A stretch of DNA of 64,000 bases from the human T2T-CHM13v2.0 reference genome, Homo sapiens (GCF_009914755.1 NC_060930.1); one strand, 5' to 3'. Counted from the stretch's first letter, positions 1-27,595 are shown. Notes: generated by a model not told the origin, from the sequence alone. A program made the numbers and translations.

Positions 1-1225
1 GCAGGGAGAGGGTTATAAAGATTCACTGTGGGTAAAGGCCTGGAAAGGTGAGTTGAGCCCAGATCCTAGGAGAACAGAACACCAACAGAAGGTGAATTTG
101 ATTTTGCAGGCCTTGGGAAGCCTCTAACAGTCTCTGAGCTTTAGAAATGTACAGTAATCCAGGTGGGTGCCCATAAAGGGCTGAAGGAGGCTGGCAGCCA
201 CAGGGAAGAGAGACGGAGAAGAAATTCCAAGCTTTGTTACCACCTTGCTAGCTTAAAGGAAGCAAGCATCACATATTAAGTGCTGACCATGGGGAAATCA
301 CTGCTCTGTCTTTAATCCTTGAAACAGTCGTGTGAGATGAGACAGTATGATCTCAATTTGCAGATTGAGTTCCACAAGGCTGAAGTTTGCCCATGATTCT
401 GCTGGGAGAGATCCACGATCATCTTGCCAGGAAACAGTTCCAAGGATCCGAATCCAAGTTGGCCTGAATCCACAGGCCAAAGCACCCTCACTTTCTCCTA
501 TAATGTCTTTCATATTTACCAGTATCTAGCACTATGATGGTTCAGTACACACTGGAATGAGTGAATGAAGAAATGAATGAACAAATGATTGGATCCCAGG
601 TTGGTAAAGAAAACCTCTCAGCACACACAAAAAGGGTGGAGGATGGAGGCGGGGAGGAGATGTAAGAATAAATGGAAAATAAAACAAACAATCGTTGTAT
701 TACCACTTCCTCTGGGGCTGGGTCATGGTTTTTAACGGTGTGCAGCGGGCACATCCAGTGTGGTACAGGCACATCCACAAAGAGAAACAAAGAGCTATTT
801 ATTTACTTCCTTTGAGGGGTAAATAAAGATCAGGTCAAAACAGGCTCCCCCCAACCGCCAGGGGGTCTTCCCCAGGTGTTGATGCAGCACTTGGCCTGGA
901 GCAGTCACAGGTGGCCTCTGCTTGTGTGTCATCCCGCCTTCCTTTACACATGCGTGGGTCTGGCTCGCAAGGGAGGCCCCATGTGCAGTGGGGAAGTAGC
1001 GTAAGGGGAAAGGTGGCAGGGCAGGGCTTCCTCACCCCTCCGCCAGTGCAGCCAGGGCAGCAACATTTATACCACCAGGAGAGAGATGGGAGAGTCAACA
1101 AGTGGGATGGCGCTGGCCTAAGAGCTGGCTCGGGGTGCTGGAGGCCCCATGCTGGGCCAGGCAGTAGATATGCAGATGGCTGCATCTTGTGGGGATAGGA
1201 CTAAGAGGGGGACCATGTACGGGTA

Positions 1226-1860
1226 CAGCCAATCCCCATTATTCATGGAGTCTGTATTTGTGAATTTGCCTCCTTGCTAAAATTTGTGACCCTGAAATCA
1301 ATACTTGAGGTGCTTTGTCATCTTTCACTGACATGCGCAAAGCCATGAAAAATTTGAGTCACCCAACATGCATGTTCCTGGCTGAGGTGGGACAGGGCAG
1401 TGCTCTGCCTGTTTCAGCTCTCGTAATGTAAACAAGTGTCCTTGTCACAGTCTACTTAGTGCCACCTTTTCTGCATTGCTGGGTTTTTTGTTGATTTCGC
1501 TGTTTGAAATGGCCCCCGAGCCTAGGGCTGACGTGCTGGCGAATGTTTCTAAGTACAAGATGACTGTATGCGCCTTACAGAGAAAATACATTAGATCAGG
1601 TTTGTTTGGGCATGAAGTATCGTGCTGTGGGGCATGAGTTCAATGTTAATGAGTTAACTATATATTCAATAAGGTGTCTTCAAACAGAAACACACAGAAA
1701 ACAAAGTTATGTATTGATTAGTTGATGAAAGTCTTGTGACCAGTGGCTCACAGAAACCTAACCCTGTATTTCCCCTAGGAGCAATGGGCCAGTGTTCACC
1801 AGTTTGGTGTTCGTGGTGACTGTACAGAATATAACTGGTGAGAATAGCGAGAACTGGTAG
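1226..1860 (+). mobile_element. MER82 (TcMar-Tigger) DNA transposon, apparently full length
   Basis: Co-linear with the recalled MER82 consensus; TA on both flanks (1224-1225, 1861-1862); decayed terminal inverted repeats. Confidence 0.85.
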
Positions 1861-2365
1861 TATTTAAATATTATAATAACTAGGGTAGCCGTATCCTTTG
1901 GGTACCTGTGAATGCCAGTCTGTATCTACTCATCCATCCGCCATCTATCATCTATTAAACACCCACTAAGTACAAAATCCAACACTAAAAGCAAAAAATA
2001 CAGGATGCAAGCAGGGTCCTGACCCTGTCACTGACCATCTTAACTGTACAATGGGGGAATCTGTACGTTAAGACTGACTCTGAAGGTTTTATTATTTTAT
2101 TTGGCTTAGATATCCCTAGGTTGATATACTAGCATTGGGGCCTAAAAGTTTTGCCAGTGTTTACATCAGGCAAACACCTGTGTCACAATAACAGCCTAAT
2201 ACATACACTTATTAGGGCCAGGCACTGTTCTGAGTGCTGTACGTGCATAAAGCCTCCTAACAACTCATGTAATCCTCCTAATAGCCCTGTAAGGTGGATA
2301 CTATTATTATCTCCAACTTACAGATAAGGGCACTGAGGCACAGAGAGGTTAAGAATGCACCCCAT

Positions 2366-3335
<970 letters not shown>

Positions 3336-4844
3336 AAATCCAGGGAGGAAAGCAGGGCCTGCATGAGGCCATGCCTTGGGGAATAAAGTGAGAGTGACCC
3401 ATGCACGCAGGCAGACAGAAGGTCTGGGATCTAACTGTGAGAGGAAACAGGGAGCCTGACAGCTCTCCGAGCAGGCCAGGGCAGGGGGACCTCTCTTCCA
3501 GCAAGGCCAAGAGGGGCCCAGGAAGCCAAGCCCCAGGGAGAAGTCTGAGAGACCAAGGCCTCACAGAGGAAGTGTCTCCACAGAGATTTCCAATTGCCAC
3601 GCCACCTTCTTTCCTGGAGCAAAGAGGTGCAGTTGGTGAACTAGGGCCACGGGTAATGGGAAGAATGGGAAGGAGAGATCCCATCCAACCTGGAACACTG
3701 GAGGGACAGCTAGAGTTGGAGGAGGGGTGAGTGAAGACATCTCCCCTCAGCTCACAGAAGAAGTCACACACCTCACCAAACTGAGAAAAATCAGATTCCA
3801 CGCCTGGTGTGAGAGGGAAGTGAAACCGCACCTCCAATGCTCCACTGCCCTCCCCTCCGGCACTCTGGCCCATCCTGCACCCCGGCCGCCCCACGATGGC
3901 GGGCTCAGAGGTGAGGGCCTATCAGATGCATTCATGGGCTCCCTTAGGGCCTTTTGGGCTCTGAGTCACAAGGGTGGCTCTCTCAGAGCTGTGATGGCCT
4001 GGTCTCTCCTCCCCAGGGAGGCAGAAAGGGAACCAGGGAAAACAAGGCTTATAAGCTACAGAGGTAAGGGACTGTGCCCATCTTGTTCTTTCCTTTTTCA
4101 CACACACGGAACATGGTACCCGGTGTATCCATGGTAAGCACTTAATAAACAGACACTGAGCAGATGAGTGAATTAATGAGTGAGTGAATGAATGAGTCAG
4201 CACTGGACCCACAAGGCTGCCTGTCAGCCTCTAGCCACATGGAGATTCCCACCTCCAGAGAAGAGCTCTACTACGTATGTTCCCCAAACTCCCTGTCAGC
4301 TAAATGTGACCTGTGACCAACTGGTGATCAAAGGGATAAGCTATCTGTCAATTGTTAGGTCTCGTTCGAAAATAAACCTCTTTTTCCCCTATTTTTGACA
4401 AACCTTGACCTCCCTGCCTCGACCCTGCTCACATTACATTTGACCTTCTCAACGACCTCTCTAAGGGATGGAGACATGACCCTCCTCTACCTCATCAGAG
4501 AACAGCACAGACCCTCTCCCCCCGCCGCCCCCCTGCCAAGGGGAAAATATGGTGCTCCTCAATGAACCTCACCCTGATCCTACAGGGTGCTCCTGGAAGA
4601 AGGGCTCCATGATGACCTCCAAGGGGCCTCTGGTCAAGGCGAAGGAGAATCAGACCCTCCACCTTTGACCAGAGGGGAGGGAGTCCAGTGTGAGGGCATT
4701 AGCCAAGGGGGTTCTGGTCCCTCTGCTCTAGGCCCCTCACAAAAAGAAGTCCAGCTGGGAACATTTTTCTCCCAGCAGGTCCCCATAGGAAAGCCATCCT
4801 CACCCACATGACACAGGCTCCCCATACCCTTCTCATCTAGATCT

Positions 4845-5255
4845 CATGGCAAAGATTGCCAACTGTCCCCTAAAATCCACTTTCCCTTCTTGTACCTTTG
4901 GTACTAGAAGCTCCACTATGTATGTTCCCCAAACTCCCTGTCAGCTAAGTGTGGCATGTGATCAGCTGGTGACCAAAGGGATGTCATCTGGCAACTTTGA
5001 GGTCATGCTCTGAAAAGGAAGGGCAGTGCCTTTTCTTTCTCGTCACTTTCCTCCCTCCCCACTGGCTGGCTGACGGACCCAGCAGCCATGGTGGGATGCC
5101 ATCTCCCACACGCAAGGGCACAGGAGGGGCTTGGGCCCTCAACACCACCAAGGGGTCAGATCACCCACCCGGATCTGTATGGGAGAAATTTCCATTTTGC
5201 TAAGCCACTCTTGTTGGAGTCTGTGTTACAGCAGCCTAACCTCCCCTAGTTCCTA
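4845..5255 (+). mobile_element. MLT1J-like MaLR solo LTR
   Basis: Start resembles TGTGGCAGAGACTGC...CCCC, end resembles AAGCCACTG...GTTACAGCAGCC; highly diverged. Confidence 0.65.
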
Positions 5256-5401
5256 TCCCAGCCCATTCTTTGGTGCCAAGATGCTGATGGGTAAAGGCGT
5301 GAAAAAGGGGCCTTGTCCTCATCCATGTCTCCAGCCCTTCACCTCCATCAGGTCAGCTTCCCAAGTGTCTGAGTGCCTTCCAGGTGGTTAAGACACCACT
5401 A

Positions 5402-8099
<2,698 letters not shown>

Positions 8100-10022
8100 A
8101 TTCCTCTCACTGGGCACTGGGGATGGATGGGGGTGCCCTCCCTGCAGACAGCCAGGACAATGGGCAGCCTCTGGAATGCACCATGCCTCCCTATTTCAAC
8201 CATTCTCCCACCAAGGGCAAAGATGTCCAATGTACCTGAGGCAAACACTCACCCATCTGCCCTGTGGGTCCAATCCTCTGTGCACCCAGGACAGAGGCCA
8301 TGCACAGCTCAGGAATACAGGTGTGTCCACGGAGGCCTACATCTTCAGGATATGGAGGGACACGTGGTAAACCAGTGCTGCCCCAAAGCCCCTAGGTGCC
8401 CATGTCCATCTGGGTCTTGCCGCTCAGGTTGGAGCTGGTATGGGGGTAGCACAGAAGAAGGGGTGCTCATTATACTTGTGGTGGCCTGAGGGATTGGTCC
8501 AGCTCCAGGAGACAGAAATATCTGCTCCTTCTCTTAAATTTTAAATCCCAGGGTAGTATGTCTAGAAAGTAATATGGGGTGTTTGGGGCAGTGACTTGAA
8601 CCCTCAGGAAATATGGAGCCTTCTGGTTGTTCTGTGGAGCTGGGGATACCCCTAGATACTATGATGAGGCTATGATGAGGCATGACCTCCCAGAGCTGTG
8701 CAGAGACCACCTCAGGAGGCACATCTGGTACCTGCTGTCTGTCTCCCCTACTGGACTGTGGGCTCCTGGAGGGCAAGGCCCACCCACTGTGAGGCTGACC
8801 AGATGTGCACAGACCCGGCCTCCAGGACCACTCCACTGTCTCCTCTCCATGCCCCAGGTCCTGCCTCGCCTTCCCCAGACTCACCACCACAGCCTGGCCC
8901 TCTTGTGTTCCCAGGCCTTCCTGGAGCGGCCCAGGGGAGAGTCTGAGGGTGGCCCAGCCCGGCAGGTGGAGTCCAGCCTGGAAGAGGCCCCTTTCCATCT
9001 GCCTCCGGCCACCTGTCCTGAGTACTCACTCCTTCCAGACAGCTGGAGAGCGGCCCCAGAGCCTCTGGCTCAGGGGACTGGGGGAAGGAAGGCAGCTCTA
9101 AGGGAGCTGAGCCAAGGCTGGAGGGGAGGCCCCTGGAGCGGGTGGGAACACTGAGTGTGCGTGGATGGGGGTGGGGTGCAGGAAGGCACTTGGGAGAAGT
9201 GGGAATTGGGGGTGGGGTCAAAGAGTGGAATGTGGAGCTCATTCTCCTGGGGGCACAGCTGTTTATTCTGATCTCCCTCTTCAGCTGCTGCATGTTCCTT
9301 ATCTTGGGGCTCAATCCAGACTCCACCTCCTCCTCTGTTGCTGAGCTGGGGAGGCAGACTCTATGGGAGACTTCCTGCTCTGGCCACCTTAGTTCCCCGC
9401 TACAGCCTGCTAAAAGGGACAAGGGGGAAAAGCAGGCCTCAAAAAGAAATGTGTGCTCCACTTCAGACCCACTCTGTGCCCATCCGTAGGTTATTGGGGC
9501 TTGAAGCTGAGTCATCTGCCCCTCACCTGACTTCACCCACCCCTAACTGCCATGACAACGGGAGCCGGTCACCCCAGAGTCACCTGGATACTTCACAACT
9601 TTACTGGTGGCCCAGGACTTGCAGGGCTGGAAGATAGTGCAGGCTTATTGGAAACGTGGGGCAGAGGCGGCTGTGACCTCACAGGGTACTTCTCTGGGCC
9701 TTCACACTGTACTCCTTCCTGCCAACTTTACTCTCGGCACCTACTGTCCCCTGTGAGATGCTATTAAAGTAAGAAGACTAATTTTCCAAATACTTATGGA
9801 AACACAACTCATGACATGTTTTTGATTTTTCATGAACATTTCAAAAAGTGAAAAAAGCACTAGTAAAACAAAACCCTTTTAGTTCTGCTCCCCCAAGAAA
9901 TAACCACTGTTAACACTGTGGTATATTTCCTTCAAGTCTTTGTGTGTGTGTGTCTAAAATACAGAGTTGTAAATATATGTACAATTTTGCATCCTGATTT
10001 TTCTCTTAACGTTACCATATAA

Positions 10023-10630
<608 letters not shown>

Positions 10631-11352
10631 TGACAAGGTTTTTTCTGCACTTAGAATTATTTAATTAGGACAGAGGCTGGAAAGTGGAATTACCAAGGCA
10701 GAGGCCTGGGATCTTTTGCAGGCATTTGATTTCAATACCTATGGCCAATTGGTTTCTGAAGATGGAATTTAGCACATGAGAAGGCCACAAGCCGGGCACG
10801 GGCACGCCCGCCTAGACTGCCATGTTAAGTATACCACTCACAGTGAGGTATCTTTTTAATGTGCCCATGTCCTGTTACCTTTGGTAGACTTTATTCTTCT
10901 CTGGCTGTTGGGTGTCCAGCCCCCTCCCTGACAGCACAGCCACTTCCCTCTGGGAGTTCCGTTTCCCCTATTGTAAATCCAGGAGCCAGGCTGCCTGACC
11001 TGTACCACAGAAACCTACCCATTTCCACGATGTGCAGACTGGCAGAGGTAACAGCCAGCTGCCCTCATCTTCCTGTAGTTCTCTCTTTCGAGCCCCTGGC
11101 ACTTTGTCCATTTCCAAGCCTGGTTCTGCAGCTTTCCTAGTGAGTCTATGAGTTTCTGACCTTCTTCTAATACATTCCCTTTGCCTTATATTAGTCAGTC
11201 CACTTCTGCTGATAATAGAACTTTGAGAGTGATGCCTCCCCAACTTAGTGCTTTTTAAATGGCAAGTCGTTTTACTGTTCATGAAGTCATGAAGCTAATC
11301 ATGACCAGCACGTTTTAAAAATGAAACAGCAAAATAGAATTTTAAAACATCA

Positions 11353-11809
<457 letters not shown>

Positions 11810-12324
11810 TCAGCTGGGTGCAGTGGCTAACACCTGTAATCCCAGCACTTTGGGAGGCTGAGGCGGGCAGATCACCTGAGATCAGAAGGACGAGACCAGC
11901 CTGACCAACATGGAAAAACCCCGTCTCTACTAAAAATACAAAATAATTAGCTGGGCATGGTGGTGCATACTGTAATCCCAGCTACTTGGGAGGCTGAGGC
12001 AGGAGAATCACTTGAAAATGGGAGGTGCAGGTTTGGAGGTGAGCTGAGATTGCGCCATTGCACTCCAGTCTGGGCAACAAGAGCGAAACTCCGTCTCAAA
12101 AAAAAAAAAAATTAAAACATTTTTAATTTAATTTTAATGCCTATAATCCCAGCACTTTGGGAGGCCAAGGCTAGAGGATCACTTGAGGTCAGGATTTTGA
12201 GACCAGCCTGGGCAACATAGAAGAAACGCTGTTGCTACCAAAAGAATTTTTAAGTTATCCAAGTATGGTGGCATGCACCGGTAGTCTTAGTTACTGGGGA
12301 GGCTAAGGTGGGAGGATCGTTTGA

Positions 12325-12682
<358 letters not shown>

Positions 12683-12685
12683 TGA

Positions 12686-12957
<272 letters not shown>

Positions 12958-13602
12958 TAGTGATCCGGCCGCCTCGGCCTCCCAAAGTGCTGGAATTACC
13001 GGCTTGAGCCATTGCGCCTGGCCGACTCTGTCTCTTAAACAAATTTTTTTTCTAGTTTTGAAAAACATTGCCCTAACTGAACTTAAGTTACTTGAGAATA
13101 AAGAACAGAGCAATCCTTCCTAGATGTTTTTTATATTTCTCCTCAAATCTTTAGTACCTAGAAAAATACACTTCCTTGCCAAGAGTGCTATATTTCAAGG
13201 TCCACCCATTATTTCCCCCCATTCATAGCCTGACACCTTTCCCTATTCTTCAGTTAATGATGGTAAATGGTAATGGCCATCTTTTCCTCCTGGTTTAAAA
13301 CTTGTTAATGCAACCAATATTCTGCCAGTCATCCAGGCTGAAAGTTCAAGGGTAGTCCCTGATTCTTCTCATTCGTGCTCTTCCTGGAGCACAGGGCCTA
13401 TTAGGAGAGAAGGAATGCCAGCAGCAAACTACAGCGCAGGGCAACCTACTCCCTTGCGGAAGCATGCATGGTGCCTCACGGGGGAAGGGCAGAGGACTCT
13501 TCAGATCTTCCTACCAAATAATTACTAATTTCCATTGCTTCTACTTTCAAAATAGTTTCCCAGCTCACCCCCTTGTTTCCATTTCTACTGGCGTCACCCT
13601 AG

Positions 13603-13818
<216 letters not shown>

Positions 13819-13844
13819 TAGCCAGGATGGTCTCGATCTCCTGA

Positions 13845-14159
<315 letters not shown>

Positions 14160-14523
14160 TGATCCCCCCACCTCGGCCTCCCAAAGTGCTGGGATTATAG
14201 GTGTGAGCCATCACTCCCGGCCTAAAAATTATTATTATTATTTTGGGTTTTTTTTGAGACAGAGTCTTGCTCTGTCACCCAGGCTGGAGTGCATTGGCCC
14301 AATGTTAGCTTGCTGCGCAACCTCTGCCTCTCGGGTTCAAGCGATTCTGCTGCCTCCACCTCCCAAGTAGTTGGGATTATAGGCATGTGCCATCATGCCC
14401 AGCTAATTCTTGTATTTTCAGTAGACATGTGGTTTCACCATGTTGGCCAGGCTAGTCCTGAACTCCTGACCTCAAGTGATCCATCTGCCTCGGCCTCCCA
14501 AAGTGCTGGGATTACAGGTGTGA

Positions 14524-14919
<396 letters not shown>

Positions 14920-14954
14920 TGAGATTACAGGCATGAGCCACTGTGCCTGGCCAG

Positions 14955-16369
<1,415 letters not shown>

Positions 16370-16503
16370 CAGCAGACCTAATATGTCAGTCTCTAAAATG
16401 CCCAATTCCAAGCCTGGTTATCTAGTTCTTGGTATTCTTTACCCTTATTCACATTTTTACCTCTTGGCCCCATTGTGCTGCTGGATTTTTTTTAACTATA
16501 TTA

Positions 16504-16789
<286 letters not shown>

Positions 16790-18310
16790 CTAAAAAAAAA
16801 AAAAAGCAAGAAGAGGGCATATCAAAAATAATCATTGTTCTACAAATAATAGTGATTATAGAAATAACCACTAGTTCTTTTAGAAATAAGAAATAATCAG
16901 TAATACTATAGAAAAAGAATAAGAAATAAGCCTAATAATTGCCATAGAAATAACATAAAAATTATTTCTATAATATGGCCTTCAGTAAAAAACTCAGAAC
17001 ATTCAGAAGAGTAAAAAGACCCAAAAGCAACCACCATTTAAAACTGCTCCGGAATAATTTCTCATCTAATCCATTCTTCTTTTATCTCCTCAAATGGCAC
17101 CTTTGAGAAGAAATTCCTGGTTAACCCATGCAAAAGCAACCACTCCTTCCTCCAGATTCCCACAGCATTGTAGTTGAAACCTTTCTTGAGGCCCAGCTAG
17201 ACCATAAAAGTATGCATACTGAATTCCTAAATGTGCATATTTAACGGTCATAAATTCAGTTATATCTACTGGAAGAGACACCAACCAACCACAGAAACCT
17301 ATGTACTATTTATATGATGTGATCCCTTCACCCAGGCTTAACATAATGCTTAACCAAAGACCAGAGCCTGTGTTCCAACAAAAACTGGCCATGCTGAGGA
17401 ATCTTAGAAATGGAAGAGAATGTCCAAATCATGTATCCTGTGTTTTATGAGCAGTCTCTTTAAAATAGAGACTTTAATAGTAACTTTGATGTGTGTCTTG
17501 TTTTTACACTGACTTTGAACCCAACACTGTGTCAAATGTGGCTCCACTACATGAAGAATGGACAAGTGAATGGTTCCAAGGCCTCTGAGACTTACAGATG
17601 TTGGATGAATATACTAGGTGACTGAGCCCAGGAGTCCTCGACCCATGTAGTCCTGTCCTCTGGACAGGGTATGTGGCATCCCCTCTAGGCCAGGGCTGCC
17701 ACCCATTGCTGGGTGAAGGTCTCAGGTGTCACTTGAAGGCCAAGGTGAGAGGTCCTGCACTAGGACCCAGCTGAACCACCCCCTCCAGACTTACGCTCTC
17801 AGCTGCTGGCCTAATCGCACACTCCTCCCAAAGCCTGAGTCTCATACAAGAGCGAGGAAAGGAAAATGAGCATTGAAGGGCAGCTGGAGGAAAAGCTTGT
17901 TTGCACCATTGCTGCAGTTGGGGTGGCTGTGGTTGGGCTGATTCAACCAGAGCTCCCCAGATAGGTTAGGGCCCAGCCCCACCTAGCAGAGCTCACATTC
18001 ACCACCACCCACTCCTGCTTCCGGGGCTGTGTGTGACACCTGATCTTCCTGCTGTGGCAGGGCTGGGGCACCCTTGCTCCCTCCCTTCCACCTTCTTGGC
18101 TTAGTGGACAATCCTAAAGCACTGGCCAGAAGGCACTGGGGGATCCAGGATGCTCTGGGCTTGCCCGGGGGGATTCGTGTCAACACCATCACATCTCCGT
18201 GCATCCCTGCATGTCACGCACACAGGCAGTCAGGGGCCTACCAGCCTGCTCTACTAGTCCTGAGACTGTGTACGTGACAATGTCTCAACAGGGAACCCAG
18301 TGTAATCTCA

Positions 18311-23361
<5,051 letters not shown>

Positions 23362-24889
23362 GGCTATCCTTTCTTAAATACATTAACTTCCAAGGAATCC
23401 CTTCCAATTCTATCCCTCTCCCATACTAGCAGCAGCATTTAAAAAAATCCCTTTATATTTCAGCCTCCCTGTCTCAGTGTTTGATATATTAGGAAAGTCA
23501 ATGCTCAGACTGAGAGTTAATTCACGAGTAAAGAGCCTAGACTTTGAAATCAGATAGATCCTTGTTCAACTCCAAGCTCTGCCACTTACTAGCTAAATTA
23601 CTTTGAGCAAGTTTGCCTTTCTGAGCCTCAGTTTCCTATCTGTAAATTGGAGATAGAGGTGTTTACTACCTAGAGTTGTGGTGAATAAATATTAAATGAG
23701 ACAGTACAAGTAAAAACTTAGGGACAGCTCCCGCAACACCATTCAGCTCCTAAGTGGCAATTACAGCCACATTCCTCTGAGTTTAAAGGTTGTAGGAAAT
23801 GCTTTGGGGAAGAGAAAAGTGAAGGGGCCAAAGAAGAGACTTTCTGGAATTAGCCTTTCTCAACCTGCACGAATCCCAGGGGAATTCCAACAGATGGGTA
23901 ACTTGTTCCAATGCCATTTCTAGCAGTGTCTGTTGCCACCCCTAGAAAGGGGCAGGCCTTGACAGCTCTTTGAAACTTGAGGATTTAAAATTTAAATGTC
24001 TTTGAGAGCAAGATAAACACATCTACTGCTCAGCAGGGAAAGGGAAACTTGGCAGGGGCCCCAGAACTTTCCCCACCCCCAGCCCTCCCTAAACTTCCTC
24101 TTGTGGTTTTTCAAGAGTACAACCTGTTCTCCACAGCCAAGCCAGTGCCTGGGGCAGGGGGCCAGGGCGTGCCAAGGGCTCCGCTGCACCCCACCCTACC
24201 AGCGAGTGAGGGAGGAAGGTGCGTGCGTGGGAGAAGAGCAGCTTGGAGGTTTATAGTTCTTAAGGTTCACGTCCTGCTTACCCGTTTTCTCAGTGCAGCC
24301 ACCCTCCACCCAGTTCCCACCCTCGACTCCCAGCATCAATACCCATGCCCCCAACACACATCCCTTTCTCAAAGACAGATGCACGAAGCGCTTTGACTGC
24401 AGGCAGAGAGGGACCGCCTCAAGGCCTCCCCAAACCTGTGGGGAGGGCCCTTGTAAGAAATTTAAAAGCGTTTCAGAAAGGAGGTGGAAAAGGGGCTGGA
24501 ATCCATGGAAACTGTCCCGTGCTCTCGCTTGTATCACCAGCATTATCCCAGCCTGTCTGGAGGGACTGGGTAGGATATACAGATGCAGCTTTGGAAGCAG
24601 GAGCTGTGGGAAAGAGAGGTGTGAGCATCTTAAGCCTGGACCCACTCCTTGGCCATCTTCCTTACTCATCTACCAAGCTGGAATGCACATCTAGAATGTG
24701 AGCATCTCTGCTATTCTTAATTCCCAACAAAAGAGGTGTCTTGGTTTCCCAAATCCCCAGATTCTGGCACATCACGTCCAAGTTGAGAAGTTCTTTCTTG
24801 AATATAATCTTAGTTCATTCCTCCCGGTTTATTCATATTCCTCCTTTCCCTTTGAGTGAGGCTTACACAGGGGGAAACATTCATACGTT

Positions 24890-24929
24890 TGTGTGCACGC
24901 ACACACGCGCGCGCACACACACACACACA
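24890..24929. repeat. Alternating purine-pyrimidine tract (TG/CA/CG)
   Basis: 40 nt of unbroken RY alternation with a (CG)4 core. Confidence 0.9.
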
Positions 24930-25119
24930 GCCATCAGGAAAGGATACCAGCTCTGTGCAGTTCCCACAACTCTATTCCAGGCCTGCTGGGCTCACTGTAA
25001 ACAGTACCAGCCCTATGGCTCAGCTAACAGATGGCTGTATCATCCAAGATACAGGACCACAGACTCCCTTTAGGAAACTCCTAAGTTCCTGGCTCAAGTG
25101 CACATTTTTTGTGGTCAGC

Positions 25120-25380
25120 GAAGGAGGCAGGCTAGCCTAATGGTTAAGAATAAAGCCTCCCAAATCAAGTGACCTAGGTTTAAATCCCAGCTCTGCCATT
25201 TGTTTCTTGTGTCTGAAGGAAGATTACTTATCTCCAGTGCCTGCGTTTCCTCGTCTATAAAATGGAGAGAATCCTAATGCCTACCTCATAGGACTATATT
25301 AGGAGGTTTAAATGAGATATGATCTCTAAGCCACTTAGAAGAGTACCTGACAGTGTTATGTAACTGTTAGCTAGTATTCT
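25120..25380 (+). mobile_element. MIR
   Basis: GGTTTAAATCCCAGCTCTGCCA...GTTTCCTCGTCTATAAAATGG...TAAATGAGAT core. Confidence 0.85.
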
Positions 25381-26619
25381 AAGCCCTTGAGGGAAGGGGA
25401 AGCCGGAAGGAGAAGATGTTTGGGACCATGGAGGTCATGATCTCAATAACTGGCATAGACTAGAACTCTGCTACAATTATCAGAGGCTTTCAGTGTTAAG
25501 TTCCAGGGGAAGAAACTCTGATTTGATTACCATGACATCCCCAACAGCTGTGGGAATAGCCTGTGCAGATGGAGTATGGCCATAGCAAATAGGTGCTGAA
25601 TGAATTCATAAATTGCTGTGTCAGTCATTTCCCGAAGGAGCCCCAGAATTGAACGGCCAGAAGAATCTGTGAGGAAGCAAAGGGAGATCCACTTCTCTAT
25701 CCACGTCTGGTCCCAAAGAGAAATGAGGTGGTAGGCAGAGGGCAAGGACTCGTCAGAGGAAACAGTCTCAGAGTCCAGGGATGAGGAGGGGGTGCCCAGG
25801 ATTGTGTGGACTGTCACATCACCCCCAGGTGGACCCTCCCAGCTGTACCCAGCTGGGAATTCCTGGGTTCTTGGGACCCAGCCCAGAAAACTGCCTTTTC
25901 TGGGATTCATCCTGTTCATTCCCTTGATGGTTAGACAGTGGATTAAAGGGAGCAGGAATTGTTTCTGGGTCGCCCCTATATTCCAGTGTCCAACACCACA
26001 GCTGGGGTTCAATCCAGTTCTGTGGAATAAGTGCCCCCAAAGACTTCTATGCTTTTCATCCTTCTGAACCCAACTCAAATGTCCTTTTCTCTCTGAAGCC
26101 TTCCCAGCCACCCCAGCCAGTGTACTTGGCATCTATGTCTATTGTTTTGTGATCCATATTAGCTGTGGATGAATAACATCATTGCACCCTCAGCATTCCA
26201 TATAATGCCAGGCACATAGTAGGTGTTCAATCAATGCAAATGAATAACTTAATGCTCCCTTAGTAACAGCAACCAATTTATTCAGTTATTCCTCTTGTTG
26301 GCACTTCAAGAGACACAGAAGAAGCTAAGATCATCATCTATGTATCAATCAGACACCACTGAGGGGTCCCTCCCTCCAGTTTCATCCCGGTGCACTTGCC
26401 AGAGCACTCACAGACTCCCCATCCACACTGGTCTGCCCTCCTACTGGCCTTCCACCCCATCTTTGAGGCATGAGAAGACCAACAGCCCGGTAAAGCCACG
26501 GGGCTTCCAGATCAGCTGGAGGGGGTTGTGCCGATGTGTGTACATACAGAGGGCTCAGGGCCTTTGGGGGTTTCTCTGCCCTTCAATTCCGTGCAGAACA
26601 CCTCACTCAGTGGGAAAGT

Positions 26620-27595
<976 letters not shown>

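Noticed and set aside
8534-9637. Overlapping ORFs up to 262 aa in GC-rich unique DNA
   Set aside because: No recognisable domain or consistent exon structure; open frames on both strands are expected from base composition
25527-26132. 201-aa minus-strand ORF with a true ATG
   Set aside because: Begins in an L2 remnant, no recognisable family; would need PhyloCSF or Ribo-seq support
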